The translations under genes were made by a program, and so were the position numbers. The notes beneath the pieces were generated by a model. That model did not search any database and was not told where the DNA came from. It saw nothing but the letters and a program-made list of their open reading frames with translations. A stretch of DNA of 30,508 bases from a virus (Duplodnaviria > Caudoviricetes), in IMG/VR virus record IMGVR_UViG_3300027732_000087, positions 1-30,508 of that record; one strand, 5' to 3'. Positions 16,077 through 25,317 of this stretch are shown one piece after another. How positions within the stretch are numbered: the first letter of the stretch is position 1; every line of letters begins with the position of its first letter.

Positions 16077-16655
16077 TTATTTATTTAATTTATTTAATAC
16101 ACGATCTAAAGTCGTTTGTGCAGCACCTTTTGAATATCTAAAAGTTTCAACTGGCTTAGAATTCTCAGGATTGAAACGTATAGGCTCAACTTCTTGTTCT
16201 ACTGCCAATTCTACTACTTCTTTCTTTGCTTCTAATTGTGCTTTTAATTCAATATTTTCTTTTTTCAATGCTTCAATTTCAGAAAAGAATGTTTCTTTAG
16301 TAATTGATTCAACTACTTTCTTTACCGTTTGTGCTTCTTCCATTGCAACTGCAGCAACTTCAGGAGTTTCAACTTCTACTTCAACTTCAGCTTGTGCTTC
16401 TTCCATTGGTTTAATTTCAGCAATAACACCTTCAACTAGAACTACCATAATAGTACCATCTTCAAGTGTATATTCTCCAACTGGAGCAGGAACAATTCCT
16501 TCTTCTGTTGCGATACCAACTGAATAATCAGCTTCAAAAGATTCAGCTTCAAAGACTGTTATTCCATCTTCTGATTTCATTTGTGCTAATTTTATTTCTA
16601 CTGCCTTCAAGCCTACTGCTCTTAGTACAGAATTAACGTTTTCTTTTAAACTCAT
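16077..16655 (-). CDS. Probable capsid scaffolding protein
   Basis: Very acidic; PAPVGEYTLEDG; C-terminal coiled coil; directly upstream of the capsid gene. Confidence 0.62.
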   Translation of the reverse strand: MSLKENVNSVLRAVGLKAVEIKLAQMKSEDGITVFEAESFEADYSVGIATEEGIVPAPVGEYTLEDGTIMVVLVEGVIAEIKPMEEAQAEVEVEVETPEVAAVAMEEAQTVKKVVESITKETFFSEIEALKKENIELKAQLEAKKEVVELAVEQEVEPIRFNPENSKPVETFRYSKGAAQTTLDRVLNKLNK

Positions 16656-16682
16656 TTTTATAATTTTTAGTTATTATCTATT

Positions 16683-16710
16683 TAACAAAACTTATTTTAT
16701 TTTGTTGTAA
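16683..16710 (-). promoter_or_regulatory. Putative late promoter TTACAACA-N15-TGTTA
   Basis: Intergenic, upstream of scaffold/capsid genes. Confidence 0.7.
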
Positions 16711-16719
16711 ATTCAACTT

Positions 16720-16827
16720 TTAAATGTTTACTATAACACTTATAGATTGACCTACTAACGTTCCTAATCCTTGTCCTTTAGATTTTTTTTCGTAATCTTT
16801 TAATTTTGGTTTTTTTACCTTTGCCAT
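16720..16827 (-). CDS. Small basic protein, 35 aa (not in ORF track)
   Basis: MAKVKKPKLKDYEKKSKGQGLGTLVGQSISVIVNI; starts just after the upstream stop. Confidence 0.5.
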   Translation of the reverse strand: MAKVKKPKLKDYEKKSKGQGLGTLVGQSISVIVNI

Positions 16828-16828
16828 T

Positions 16829-17449
16829 TTAACCTACTTTATCAACTGTTAATATTACACTAGGTAAACTTGGATAACCATGTGTTAAATTTTCTGTTTC
16901 TGCTATTAACTGAATTGCATCGTTTTGATAGATCATTAATTCTATATAATCATTAGCCGCAAGACTTATAAAGAAATTCCACGCAGCAACTAAAAAATCT
17001 GAATTAGACTGCATTGTAACACGTGTAGATGTATTTGGCACATTAACACCGTTTTTTCTTAACCATATTACCGCTTCTTTTACAGTACCACCTTGAACTC
17101 GATATAGCTGTGCTGAAAATTGAACGTTATAAACTCCTACAGTATCTACTTTTACTCTACTACTATTCACAATTGAAACACCACTAGTAGAACTTGCATC
17201 TGTTCCATTCAATGTAATTGCAGTTACTATACTTATTGTTGGTGATTGCGTTACAGTAGAATACAATGAGCCATATTTTCTAGCATTAACAGTTGTACTT
17301 CCTAAAGTTACTTCTTGGATTGCACCGTTTAAATGTACTTTTAGTTTATTATCGTAAACGTGTAATACACCATTTTCAATAGATATACCTGATTCACTTT
17401 CTACAGTATCTGCTTGAACTTCATAAGCTGTATTTATTGTATTAGGCAT
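16829..17449 (-). CDS. C1q/BclA-like beta-sandwich virion decoration or fibre protein
   Basis: GVYNVQFSAQL, IWLRKNG and LAANDYIELM motifs. Confidence 0.6.
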   Translation of the reverse strand: MPNTINTAYEVQADTVESESGISIENGVLHVYDNKLKVHLNGAIQEVTLGSTTVNARKYGSLYSTVTQSPTISIVTAITLNGTDASSTSGVSIVNSSRVKVDTVGVYNVQFSAQLYRVQGGTVKEAVIWLRKNGVNVPNTSTRVTMQSNSDFLVAAWNFFISLAANDYIELMIYQNDAIQLIAETENLTHGYPSLPSVILTVDKVG

Positions 17450-18011
17450 TTATCAAAGTTTTCAATTCGTTTATAATCTCATCTTCTTTAGAATGTAATT
17501 GCTCAAACCCATCAAATGCACCTTCAATAGAATAACCTTTGAATGTTCCGTTCTTAATTTCACTCCAAACTTGATCGTTGTAAATCTTTGACATTAAAAC
17601 CCATTCGCCACCTTTAGCACCTAGATTATAAAGATTAGATTTGTCATTCTTAGAATCCTCCACAATCCAACTTTCTATTACTGAAATTCCATCTACCTTT
17701 TCTTCATGTTCTGTAGTAAAGTTGTTTAGATTTAATTTCTTCATGTAGATTTCAGCTGTTTGTGCAACCGTTTCTTTCGTAAAAAAGATGTTGAAATCTT
17801 TACCGTTCATTCGTCTAAAGATTCTCTTTTCAGGAACTAAAGCGAAACCTACTACTATACGTCTTTCTTCATCTACTACTTTAAGTTCAACTACTTCAGA
17901 AGATAAGTACACAAAATCCTTTTCTATTGCTGGATTCTCAACTAATGAAACTGCAAAAACTCCATCTTCGGCACTCTTAATTGTTAATTCTATTTCTTGT
18001 AACTTCTCCAT
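17442..18011 (-). CDS. XkdF-like putative prohead serine protease
   Basis: GFALVP, TEHE, ESW and WSEIKNGTFKGYSIEG motifs. Confidence 0.75.
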   Translation of the reverse strand: MEKLQEIELTIKSAEDGVFAVSLVENPAIEKDFVYLSSEVVELKVVDEERRIVVGFALVPEKRIFRRMNGKDFNIFFTKETVAQTAEIYMKKLNLNNFTTEHEEKVDGISVIESWIVEDSKNDKSNLYNLGAKGGEWVLMSKIYNDQVWSEIKNGTFKGYSIEGAFDGFEQLHSKEDEIINELKTLINA

Positions 18012-18018
18012 AACTAAA

Positions 18019-18046
18019 TAACATTTTTATATTGATGCTGTTGTAA
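18019..18046 (-). promoter_or_regulatory. Putative late promoter TTACAACA-N15-TGTTA
   Basis: Overlaps the tape measure 3' end, 7 nt before the protease ATG. Confidence 0.7.
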
Positions 18047-19853
18047 TTTTATTTCTATCTAAATTTTGTGCTGTTGTAACATCTCCACCTACAACATATG
18101 CTTTTATAGGTTGACTTTGTAACCCTTGCATCAATTGATTTGTGCCTGAATTACCTACTACATTAAAGTTAGCAGGAGTTGGAACAGCAGGAGCATTCAT
18201 GCCACCGCCACCGCCACCACCACCACCACCTTCATCACCGCCACCACCACCATCAAAAGTAGTAGATGATATTTTCTTAACTTGAGCAACACCTGAAGCA
18301 GCAACACCAGCAGCAGCGACCACGCCTAATGCTATACCAACAGGACCAGGAATAGTTGATGTCATTCCTGTAAATGCACTTACAGCACCTTTGATAGTGT
18401 CAATTGTAGCTATTGCTATATTAAGTTTCTTTTGTGTGTTAAATGCTTTCTTTTGTGCTGCCTTAGATTTTCCTGCAAATGCCGCAACTAAGTCTGATAT
18501 TCCTTGTAATGAATCCTTAGTTAAATCCATCATCATATGGAAGTTTTTTAACTTCCTATTTCTTTCATCATTAAGGGCCTCTTTTTCATCAGCAGCTTTT
18601 TTTTCATTAGCAGCCTTTTCCGCTTCAATCCCTTTTTGTCTATACTCTTCTTCTAGGCTAAAATCAACTTCTAAAATTTCTCTTTTAACTTCTAATTCTT
18701 CAGCAGCTTTAGTTTTTAAAGTACCAATTTTATCTAACTTAAAAGGCTCTTCTTTCTTCGCTGCATCTCTTCCATCTTTCTCTGCTTTGTTTAATTCAAG
18801 TTGTGAAATCTTTAAATTTGCAACAGCATCTTTTGCACTAACTATTTCAGCAGTTTTTTCGTAAAGAAGTTTTCTTGTTTCTTGAATTTGTTTATTACTA
18901 TCACTTGTTAAACTACGAAATTGCTCACTTAATTTATTTAATTCATTTGCTGCAATTAATTTAGCAGGTGCAGTAATACTGTTTTCATAATCAGCTTTAG
19001 CATCAAGAATCTGTTGTGCTAGTTTTCCTCTTGCTCTTGTGGTTTCAATCTCTAATATAGCTAATTCAGAGTTTAAAGCTTTAGTCGTTTGTCTATCTCT
19101 AGCTATATCTATTTCAAGCTGTTGAATTTTTAAAGCATTAATTTCTTTTTGAACTTTTGTTTCATTCTCACCTAAAGCAATTCTTGTTCTTGCTTCACGA
19201 TCTAAGTTTTTAAGTGTATTAGAAGATTGAACATCTTGTATTTTACCTTGCTTTTCTAGTTCTTTATTTGTTTTGCTTATCGTATTAGTTAAACCTTCAA
19301 ATCCTTTTACTATTCTATCTCCCGCTGTTTGTGCAGTTGATTGTAAATAAACAAATGCAGTAGCAGCTAAAGCAATTACAGTTAATAATAAACCTAAAGG
19401 ATTGGCAGCAACAGCAGCAGCAATACTTTTAAATGCACTAATAGCTTGTGCGCCAAAAGTTTTAAACGCATCTCTAGCTTCAAGCAAACCATCAACACCT
19501 TGTGCCAATGCCATAGCACTCTGCACTTTTAGTAAAGTTTCTTGAACAGCTTTTCCTTCCGCACCAAACAATCCCATTGCACCTTGAACGGCTTGAAAGC
19601 CATTTAATGCACCCGACATTGAAGCAGTTAATGCTTTGAATTTAGCATCAGGGTTAAACGCATCAGTTAATGCTTTAGCATCACCAATAGTATCTTTTAA
19701 TCTACCTGCTGCCTTTGCAGCATTCATTGCTTCTTTACTTGTTGCGCCAAACTTTTCAGACATCGCAGCAACTTCTGCTTGTGCCTCTCTTAACTGTGAT
19801 TTTAAACTACCTAAGTTACTTTCAACTTCTACTACTATCGTTTTTGTTTCCAT
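18027..19853 (-). CDS. Tail tape measure protein
   Basis: 608 aa Ala/Lys-rich helical protein; hydrophobic ANPLGLLL and PGPVGIALG segments; poly-Gly linker. Confidence 0.8.
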   Translation of the reverse strand: METKTIVVEVESNLGSLKSQLREAQAEVAAMSEKFGATSKEAMNAAKAAGRLKDTIGDAKALTDAFNPDAKFKALTASMSGALNGFQAVQGAMGLFGAEGKAVQETLLKVQSAMALAQGVDGLLEARDAFKTFGAQAISAFKSIAAAVAANPLGLLLTVIALAATAFVYLQSTAQTAGDRIVKGFEGLTNTISKTNKELEKQGKIQDVQSSNTLKNLDREARTRIALGENETKVQKEINALKIQQLEIDIARDRQTTKALNSELAILEIETTRARGKLAQQILDAKADYENSITAPAKLIAANELNKLSEQFRSLTSDSNKQIQETRKLLYEKTAEIVSAKDAVANLKISQLELNKAEKDGRDAAKKEEPFKLDKIGTLKTKAAEELEVKREILEVDFSLEEEYRQKGIEAEKAANEKKAADEKEALNDERNRKLKNFHMMMDLTKDSLQGISDLVAAFAGKSKAAQKKAFNTQKKLNIAIATIDTIKGAVSAFTGMTSTIPGPVGIALGVVAAAGVAASGVAQVKKISSTTFDGGGGGDEGGGGGGGGGGMNAPAVPTPANFNVVGNSGTNQLMQGLQSQPIKAYVVGGDVTTAQNLDRNKITTASI

Positions 19854-19987
19854 CTTATAACTCTTTTAGCTTGTTTTAATGCGTCTTTAATTGTTGTAGG
19901 TATTGCGTTTTTACCTTTCGCTATTTCTATTTCTTCACTCATATTATAGAATGAATCTAATTTTAACATCTCAAATATCTCTTTCAT
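19835..19987 (-). CDS. Small protein, 50 aa (not in ORF track)
   Basis: MKEIFEMLKLDSFYNMSEEIEIAKGKNAIP...; fills the gap before the tape measure gene. Confidence 0.6.
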   Translation of the reverse strand: MKEIFEMLKLDSFYNMSEEIEIAKGKNAIPTTIKDALKQAKRVIRWKQKR

Positions 19988-19988
19988 A

Positions 19989-22355
19989 TTATTCTATTAT
20001 TCGTCTTTGTCCGTCTTCAGTTACTCTATATGAATGGCTAAATTCTTCTAGTCTTCTATAGCCAATCTCATGTGCTTGAATTATTGTTAAATATTGATTC
20101 GGTAAAACTCCATCAGGTGTAGTTACAACCATAGGGAAAGTATTTGTTCTATCTGTTGTTCCCGCGTTTAACGTACAAGCAAAAGTTACTTGTTGTTCTC
20201 CAGTTGGTGTATAATCATTTGGTGTAGCAAATTGCGTTTCTAATGGTAAAGAAATCACAATGCTATATCCTTCAGGTATCGAAAAGTCTACCACAACATC
20301 TTGTGCTAAATAATCAATATGAATCGTTTGGTTATAATCTACTGATTCTCTTTGATTAGTTATTAAGCTAAATGAAACTTCTCCAGTAGTAAGATTAGAT
20401 TTCATTGAATTAATGATATACTTCTTGTCACGAATGATAAGTGAATCGTTAAGTTTTAAAGACGTTAACATGCTTATTGGTATAATCGTCTTAACATCAA
20501 CCAAACGTGTCTTAGAACTAAACAAATTTGTTAAGTATTCTTCGTAATATGTAGCATATAAACTATTGTTTTCTATGTTTTCTGTGAAACTAGAAATATC
20601 ACTATTGAAATTTAGTGAATAATTAACACCTGATACATCAGCATCTTGTCCAAATGGAATGTAATCTGTAATCGTGTCAGTTGTTACACTATTATTAAAC
20701 TTAAAAGATTGACTTGCTCCAATGTTTGTGTATTTATTTTGGTATAATAATACTGCTTTTGGAATATATGATTTATATTCAGGCTCTGTGCCTAAAGTAT
20801 ATGCTACTTGCAAATCTGTGTTTGTGAATTTTTGATGTAGTAAAGTTTCAAAAGGTAATTTAATTATATAATCTCCACCATCGTATCCAAATACTGCTTT
20901 AAGATTTGAGTATTCTTTACCAAATAAATCAAAGTGTTTTCTATTTAAAAAACAATTACTTTTTTCGTATTCAAAAGAAACAGTATTGTACAGCTTAGGT
21001 CTTGTAACTGTTATGTCATCTGTTATAACATACTTTGTAATATTGCGAACACTACCTGAATTATAAAAATCATGTAACGTTTGAAATCTAAATGAAGTAG
21101 GTGAAGTTGAAACAACAGTTAAATTAAACGTGTTGAATATTCCCTTCATAAAATCCATTATCTTCATATCAGGTGCAAATGCTGATAGATTGGTATAGTT
21201 CGTTGTTGTTGCACTTGTTATAGCTTCTGAGTAGTTTAAACTATCGTTATAAGGTGGATATGTAAACGGATCAAAATTGTTGTTTACTGTGTAATTATAA
21301 GAATAATCAACTGTCCCCGTAAATGTCATTACGGCAACAGAACGTAATTTAAAAGTATAGTCTATTGTCGCAATAGCACTACCACTAGAAGCAACATTAA
21401 AAACATTTGAGCCGTTTCCTAAGTATGAACTTGTCAAAACGCCATTTAAATAAACGTCAAGATAATAATCAATAGCAGAAGCCGTTATAATACTTACATC
21501 TATAGTGTAGTATTTTGCAGAAGCAAATGAATCACTAGGCAAAGAAAGTGTACTGTCAGCTATAGGTCTTTGTTGAACTATTGAATTGTATAACACATCT
21601 GTTGAAGCATTAGCCACTCCAAAAATTACATCTTGTGGTGCTGAATAACTTGTAGCAACTTCTTTGTTCTTATACAATAAAAACGCATCAATAAACTTTT
21701 TATTAGTTAGAATATTACCAGTAAAAGTAACTCCATATTTTAACTCTATTAAATCAAATATTGTAGCCACTCTAACTGCAGGAAACAACTCAGTATAAGC
21801 TATTGCTCCAACTGTTTCATATATATCTGTTGTGCCACCTACACCATATTCCCAAACCCTAGAAGACGAAATTAAAGGGTACTTAACATCGTAATCCGCA
21901 ACTGTTAAATCTGTTTCTATTCTTGCTTGAACTTCTGCTCCTGAATATTGATGATTGATTGTAGCATAATCTAAATCAGCAAGTTTATCTTCTAAAACCA
22001 AATCTTTAAACGTTACAATATCACCAAAGAATGTTACAGAATAGCTTTCAGCATTTGATTTCTTTACTTGTGATTTCTCTAACTGAATCTTACCAGTTCT
22101 AAAGGGTACAGTATCAATTTCAATTCTTGCTGCTCTTCTTTTATTATGGTCTATTGTAGTATCAACATCGTTGTTATAATAGTGTTCAAAGATTCTATTA
22201 TTTTTCGGTGTACAAGGAATAGTAAAAGACTGTGAAAAGTCAGTAAATACTGTCGCAATATCAGCTATATTTTGAACACTAGAAGTAACTTCAATCGTCT
22301 CATCATTGAATAAGTCAACCTGAAGATTCTCAATAAATATTTTAACCGATCTCAT
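19989..22355 (-). CDS. Large tail tip/hub protein with a possible C-terminal BACON-like domain
   Basis: 788 aa; DFSQSFTIPCT..NNRIF; in the tail block; N...R...Q pattern near the C-terminus. Confidence 0.65.
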   Translation of the reverse strand: MRSVKIFIENLQVDLFNDETIEVTSSVQNIADIATVFTDFSQSFTIPCTPKNNRIFEHYYNNDVDTTIDHNKRRAARIEIDTVPFRTGKIQLEKSQVKKSNAESYSVTFFGDIVTFKDLVLEDKLADLDYATINHQYSGAEVQARIETDLTVADYDVKYPLISSSRVWEYGVGGTTDIYETVGAIAYTELFPAVRVATIFDLIELKYGVTFTGNILTNKKFIDAFLLYKNKEVATSYSAPQDVIFGVANASTDVLYNSIVQQRPIADSTLSLPSDSFASAKYYTIDVSIITASAIDYYLDVYLNGVLTSSYLGNGSNVFNVASSGSAIATIDYTFKLRSVAVMTFTGTVDYSYNYTVNNNFDPFTYPPYNDSLNYSEAITSATTTNYTNLSAFAPDMKIMDFMKGIFNTFNLTVVSTSPTSFRFQTLHDFYNSGSVRNITKYVITDDITVTRPKLYNTVSFEYEKSNCFLNRKHFDLFGKEYSNLKAVFGYDGGDYIIKLPFETLLHQKFTNTDLQVAYTLGTEPEYKSYIPKAVLLYQNKYTNIGASQSFKFNNSVTTDTITDYIPFGQDADVSGVNYSLNFNSDISSFTENIENNSLYATYYEEYLTNLFSSKTRLVDVKTIIPISMLTSLKLNDSLIIRDKKYIINSMKSNLTTGEVSFSLITNQRESVDYNQTIHIDYLAQDVVVDFSIPEGYSIVISLPLETQFATPNDYTPTGEQQVTFACTLNAGTTDRTNTFPMVVTTPDGVLPNQYLTIIQAHEIGYRRLEEFSHSYRVTEDGQRRIIE

Positions 22356-23425
22356 ATAACGTTATTGATAATATCGTATGCATAATCAAACTCTAATGTA
22401 TAGTTAATTAACTTTTCGTTTATGTGTTTTTGTACATCAACTCCTTTAGTCTTCAACTTAACTGGCTTACCGTTTAATAATACACGTTCACTAAGTAATA
22501 TTTGTTTCAATGTTGTAGTTCCAAAGAACTCATCTACCCAACCAGTATTGCATCGTATTGATTCATTACCGTTTGCATTCATTACAGCATTCGTTGCATT
22601 AGATGGATTGTAATTATAACTTGAACTCATTAAATTATAATCGGTATTCTTTGTTTGTATAGATTGTTTTGAAGCCTTGAAAAGAAACTCTTTTTGAAAC
22701 GCACCGTAACGGTTAATAAAATCTAAATAGTAAACCTCATATTTACACTCTTCAATAGGCCTAAAATAATACGTTGCTAGAACAACATTACTAGCATCTA
22801 AGACTTCCGTTTTACAACCATCCGCCCAATATGTTGGATTAACTTTGTAGATTGAAATAAGATTACTTCCTGAGAAATATAACGGTGTAGCCGTAAATGT
22901 TGCGCCTGATACAAGATTAGTATATTTGACCTTCCACGTACCTTCAGCATCAATAGTTAAGAATCCTGGTCTTTTATCTAAATCAGAAACTAAACCAGCA
23001 GAATCGTAATAATAATAATACGTTCCTTCATCTAATAAATAAGGAGCTAATGTAGGATTGTAGTCATCTTCATAATAACCATATCCATCTAACCCAACAT
23101 AAGTCGTAGTAGATTGAAGAACTCCTGCTAAATATAACTTTACTATAACATTGCAAAATTGTGCAGTAGGTGCGTTTGAAATACTATTGTATATAGTTAA
23201 CGGTGTAGTGAATGAAATGTATTCACGCAAGTAAGGACTAATATTATAATTAACACTTGTAACTACTGAACTAGGTATGCTCTTAGATAGTGTATAAGTT
23301 GGTGTAGTTGGTGCTGTAGAACTATAAATTCCATTCCAAATATATAACTCACAAGTTGTCTCTTGATTTGCAGTACCACCCAGTGCAATATGAAAAGGTG
23401 AACGTGTAAAAATTCTATTTGCCAT
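22352..23425 (-). CDS. Tail structural protein (distal-tail-like C-terminus)
   Basis: RSPF, FINRYG, NTGWVDE and ILLSERV motifs; directly precedes the hub gene. Confidence 0.55.
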   Translation of the reverse strand: MANRIFTRSPFHIALGGTANQETTCELYIWNGIYSSTAPTTPTYTLSKSIPSSVVTSVNYNISPYLREYISFTTPLTIYNSISNAPTAQFCNVIVKLYLAGVLQSTTTYVGLDGYGYYEDDYNPTLAPYLLDEGTYYYYYDSAGLVSDLDKRPGFLTIDAEGTWKVKYTNLVSGATFTATPLYFSGSNLISIYKVNPTYWADGCKTEVLDASNVVLATYYFRPIEECKYEVYYLDFINRYGAFQKEFLFKASKQSIQTKNTDYNLMSSSYNYNPSNATNAVMNANGNESIRCNTGWVDEFFGTTTLKQILLSERVLLNGKPVKLKTKGVDVQKHINEKLINYTLEFDYAYDIINNVI

Positions 23426-23945
23426 TTAAACTATATTTTAATAAATCTTCAACATCTAATCCAAAGCCTGTAACAACATCATTCGATAAGTTCTTAAATT
23501 CCTTTTCAAATGGCTTGGTAAAAAACAAACTTGGTTTTATTCCTTGTGCGTGAATAGATCGTGCTATAAGGAACTTTAAAGTCTTTCTACTTATAAATTG
23601 ACCTTTCTCATTTCTTGGTGCAATACCTTTCATTATTGCCCATTTGTCTAATACTTTTGTAGGTATAGATTGTTTAGACGAGTTAAATCTAAAAGGTGAA
23701 TTAGGTGCTTTTTGTCTACCGTTCTTTACTCTATTTGGTCCTGCTCCTTTAACTCCTTTATCTACAAATTCACCATAATTACCCAAGTCAAAAGATAACT
23801 CAAAGCTATTTTCACTTACTTTTAAATCAGAAGATATAGTGCGTTGAAGATTACCCGAACTATTTTTTTTAGATAAGTTCTTTTTAGCTTGTGATACAAC
23901 CTTATTTCTAAAATCGTCAAGCTCTTTCTTCAATCCCTTTAACAT
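23415..23945 (-). CDS. Neck/tail completion protein (HK97 gp10-like)
   Basis: Basic; SGNLQRTI, YGEFVDKG and GIKPSLFF motifs. Confidence 0.6.
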   Translation of the reverse strand: MLKGLKKELDDFRNKVVSQAKKNLSKKNSSGNLQRTISSDLKVSENSFELSFDLGNYGEFVDKGVKGAGPNRVKNGRQKAPNSPFRFNSSKQSIPTKVLDKWAIMKGIAPRNEKGQFISRKTLKFLIARSIHAQGIKPSLFFTKPFEKEFKNLSNDVVTGFGLDVEDLLKYSLNGK

Positions 23946-24394
23946 ATCGTCATATCGTTAGGTACTAATACGTCAAAAGTACACGCCCATCCTGCTAAAC
24001 TATTCTCAAATCTTTCTGTAAACGGCTCAAAACTAGGATTACCATCCAATATATAATGGTCTGTTACAATAGATGAACGTTTAAGTAATTCAGTTAACCT
24101 AGATTGTACGGCCAATTGTGTGTTCAATACATCTTGTGTGTTATCATTACCTACCCATTGGTCTGTAACTTGTACCTTAGAAATGTTTACTATATCCATT
24201 GAAAGCAAAGTAAAACTAAAACGCATAACCCTATCTTCTTTAGTGGCAGTATTCACTATCAAATGTGATAAAGGAAAGATTGTTTGTTTATTTAAATCCA
24301 CATCGAATATATCACCCATCGTAATAGTGTTAACAAAAGCATCTAGTGCTAATGTATCTTTTATCTTTGTTGTAACTGCGTAGAATCCTGTCAT
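23939..24394 (-). CDS. Probable tail terminator protein
   Basis: 151 aa acidic; FPLSHL and LAGW motifs; in the tail block. Confidence 0.5.
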   Translation of the reverse strand: MTGFYAVTTKIKDTLALDAFVNTITMGDIFDVDLNKQTIFPLSHLIVNTATKEDRVMRFSFTLLSMDIVNISKVQVTDQWVGNDNTQDVLNTQLAVQSRLTELLKRSSIVTDHYILDGNPSFEPFTERFENSLAGWACTFDVLVPNDMTIC

Positions 24395-24639
24395 TTGTTT
24401 ATAATTTCTCTTTCTGTTTTAACCTTTTCGCTTTCGTACATCAACCATTGTAAGCATTGAAGAAGTCTAAGTTTTCCAACTCTTTCAAACTCTTGTACGT
24501 TTCCTCCAGCAAGTGCGTATAAGCTGTTGTACCATCCCCATCTTTTATTGAATTGTGCTTGAATTGAATACTCATCTCCTTCACCGTTTGCTCCAAATAA
24601 GCTATCGTACCCTTCAATAATTCTCTTTTTAAATTCCAA
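24391..24639 (-). CDS. -1 frame extension of 24441..25127 (gpGT-like C-terminus)
   Basis: Predicted TTG start lies within a T9 run; stop overlaps the next ATG (ATGA); WGWYNSLYALA motif. Confidence 0.7.
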   Translation of the reverse strand: MEFKKRIIEGYDSLFGANGEGDEYSIQAQFNKRWGWYNSLYALAGGNVQEFERVGKLRLLQCLQWLMYESEKVKTEREIINK

Positions 24640-25127
24640 AAAAAAACCTTTGCTCCAGTAGCAACATCCAATGGCGCATACTTCATAACATCAGCATAAG
24701 TAATATTAGATATATAAGGCTCTATCTCAAACTTATCTCCTTTCGTTTTAATGATTGGTCTATACATTACAGCCATTGCTTTATGAAAGGTCTTCCAATC
24801 TCCAATGTTGTTATCCAAATCTATATACTCATCTAAAGTAATATCTTCTAAGTTAGGAATGAATCCAAACGTCTTACCACCCATCTCAAACCTATCTTGA
24901 AACTTTGGTGCTTTGCTGAATATATCTAAAAATATTGCTTCAATCTCATCTATTGAATGCTTCTTTAATAAACCTACATGGCTTAACTTGATTCCACAAA
25001 ATATAGATATCATTTTCTTACCTATAAAATCAGCATCTTCATTGCTTTCTTTGATAGACATAAACGACTGATACTTCTCTAAAGATATATCACTTAATTT
25101 TGTTGGTATCTGTATTTCTATCTTCAT
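24441..25127 (-). CDS. Probable tail assembly chaperone (gpG-like)
   Basis: 228 aa with internal AAG GTT TTT TTT TGG slippery site; duplicated DISLEKY/DITLDEY motif. Confidence 0.55.
   Translation of the reverse strand: MKIEIQIPTKLSDISLEKYQSFMSIKESNEDADFIGKKMISIFCGIKLSHVGLLKKHSIDEIEAIFLDIFSKAPKFQDRFEMGGKTFGFIPNLEDITLDEYIDLDNNIGDWKTFHKAMAVMYRPIIKTKGDKFEIEPYISNITYADVMKYAPLDVATGAKVFFWNLKRELLKGTIAYLEQTVKEMSIQFKHNSIKDGDGTTAYTHLLEETYKSLKELENLDFFNAYNG
24638..24646 (-). promoter_or_regulatory. Slippery site (T9) for a -1 frameshift
   Basis: T TTT TTT heptamer in the correct phase; the -1 frame is open for 82 codons. Confidence 0.7.
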
Positions 25128-25135
25128 TATATATA

Positions 25136-25158
25136 TAACAATTAGTTCTTATTTTTGT
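25136..25158 (-). promoter_or_regulatory. Putative late promoter ACA-N15-TGTTA
   Basis: 8 nt upstream of the ATG of the first tail-block gene. Confidence 0.68.
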
Positions 25159-25315
25159 AATAGTCTAAGGCAACATTGTACGCATGGTTTAATAATTGCA
25201 TATCTCTATGAAGTGTCATAGGGTTGCTAATATTAATCTTAACTTTCACTTGTTTTACATCCCATAGAAACATCTCTACTCGTTCAATCATTTCATTCAT
25301 GTGTATAAATTCCAT
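25142..25315 (-). CDS. Hypothetical 57 aa protein (not in ORF track)
   Basis: MEFIHMNEMIERVEMFLWDVKQVKVKINI...; starts 2 nt after the terL stop. Confidence 0.6.
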   Translation of the reverse strand: MEFIHMNEMIERVEMFLWDVKQVKVKINISNPMTLHRDMQLLNHAYNVALDYYKNKN

Positions 25316-25317
25316 CT

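Noticed and set aside
18202-18252. GC-rich (CCA/CCG)n microsatellite
   Set aside because: In-frame poly-Gly linker in the tape measure protein
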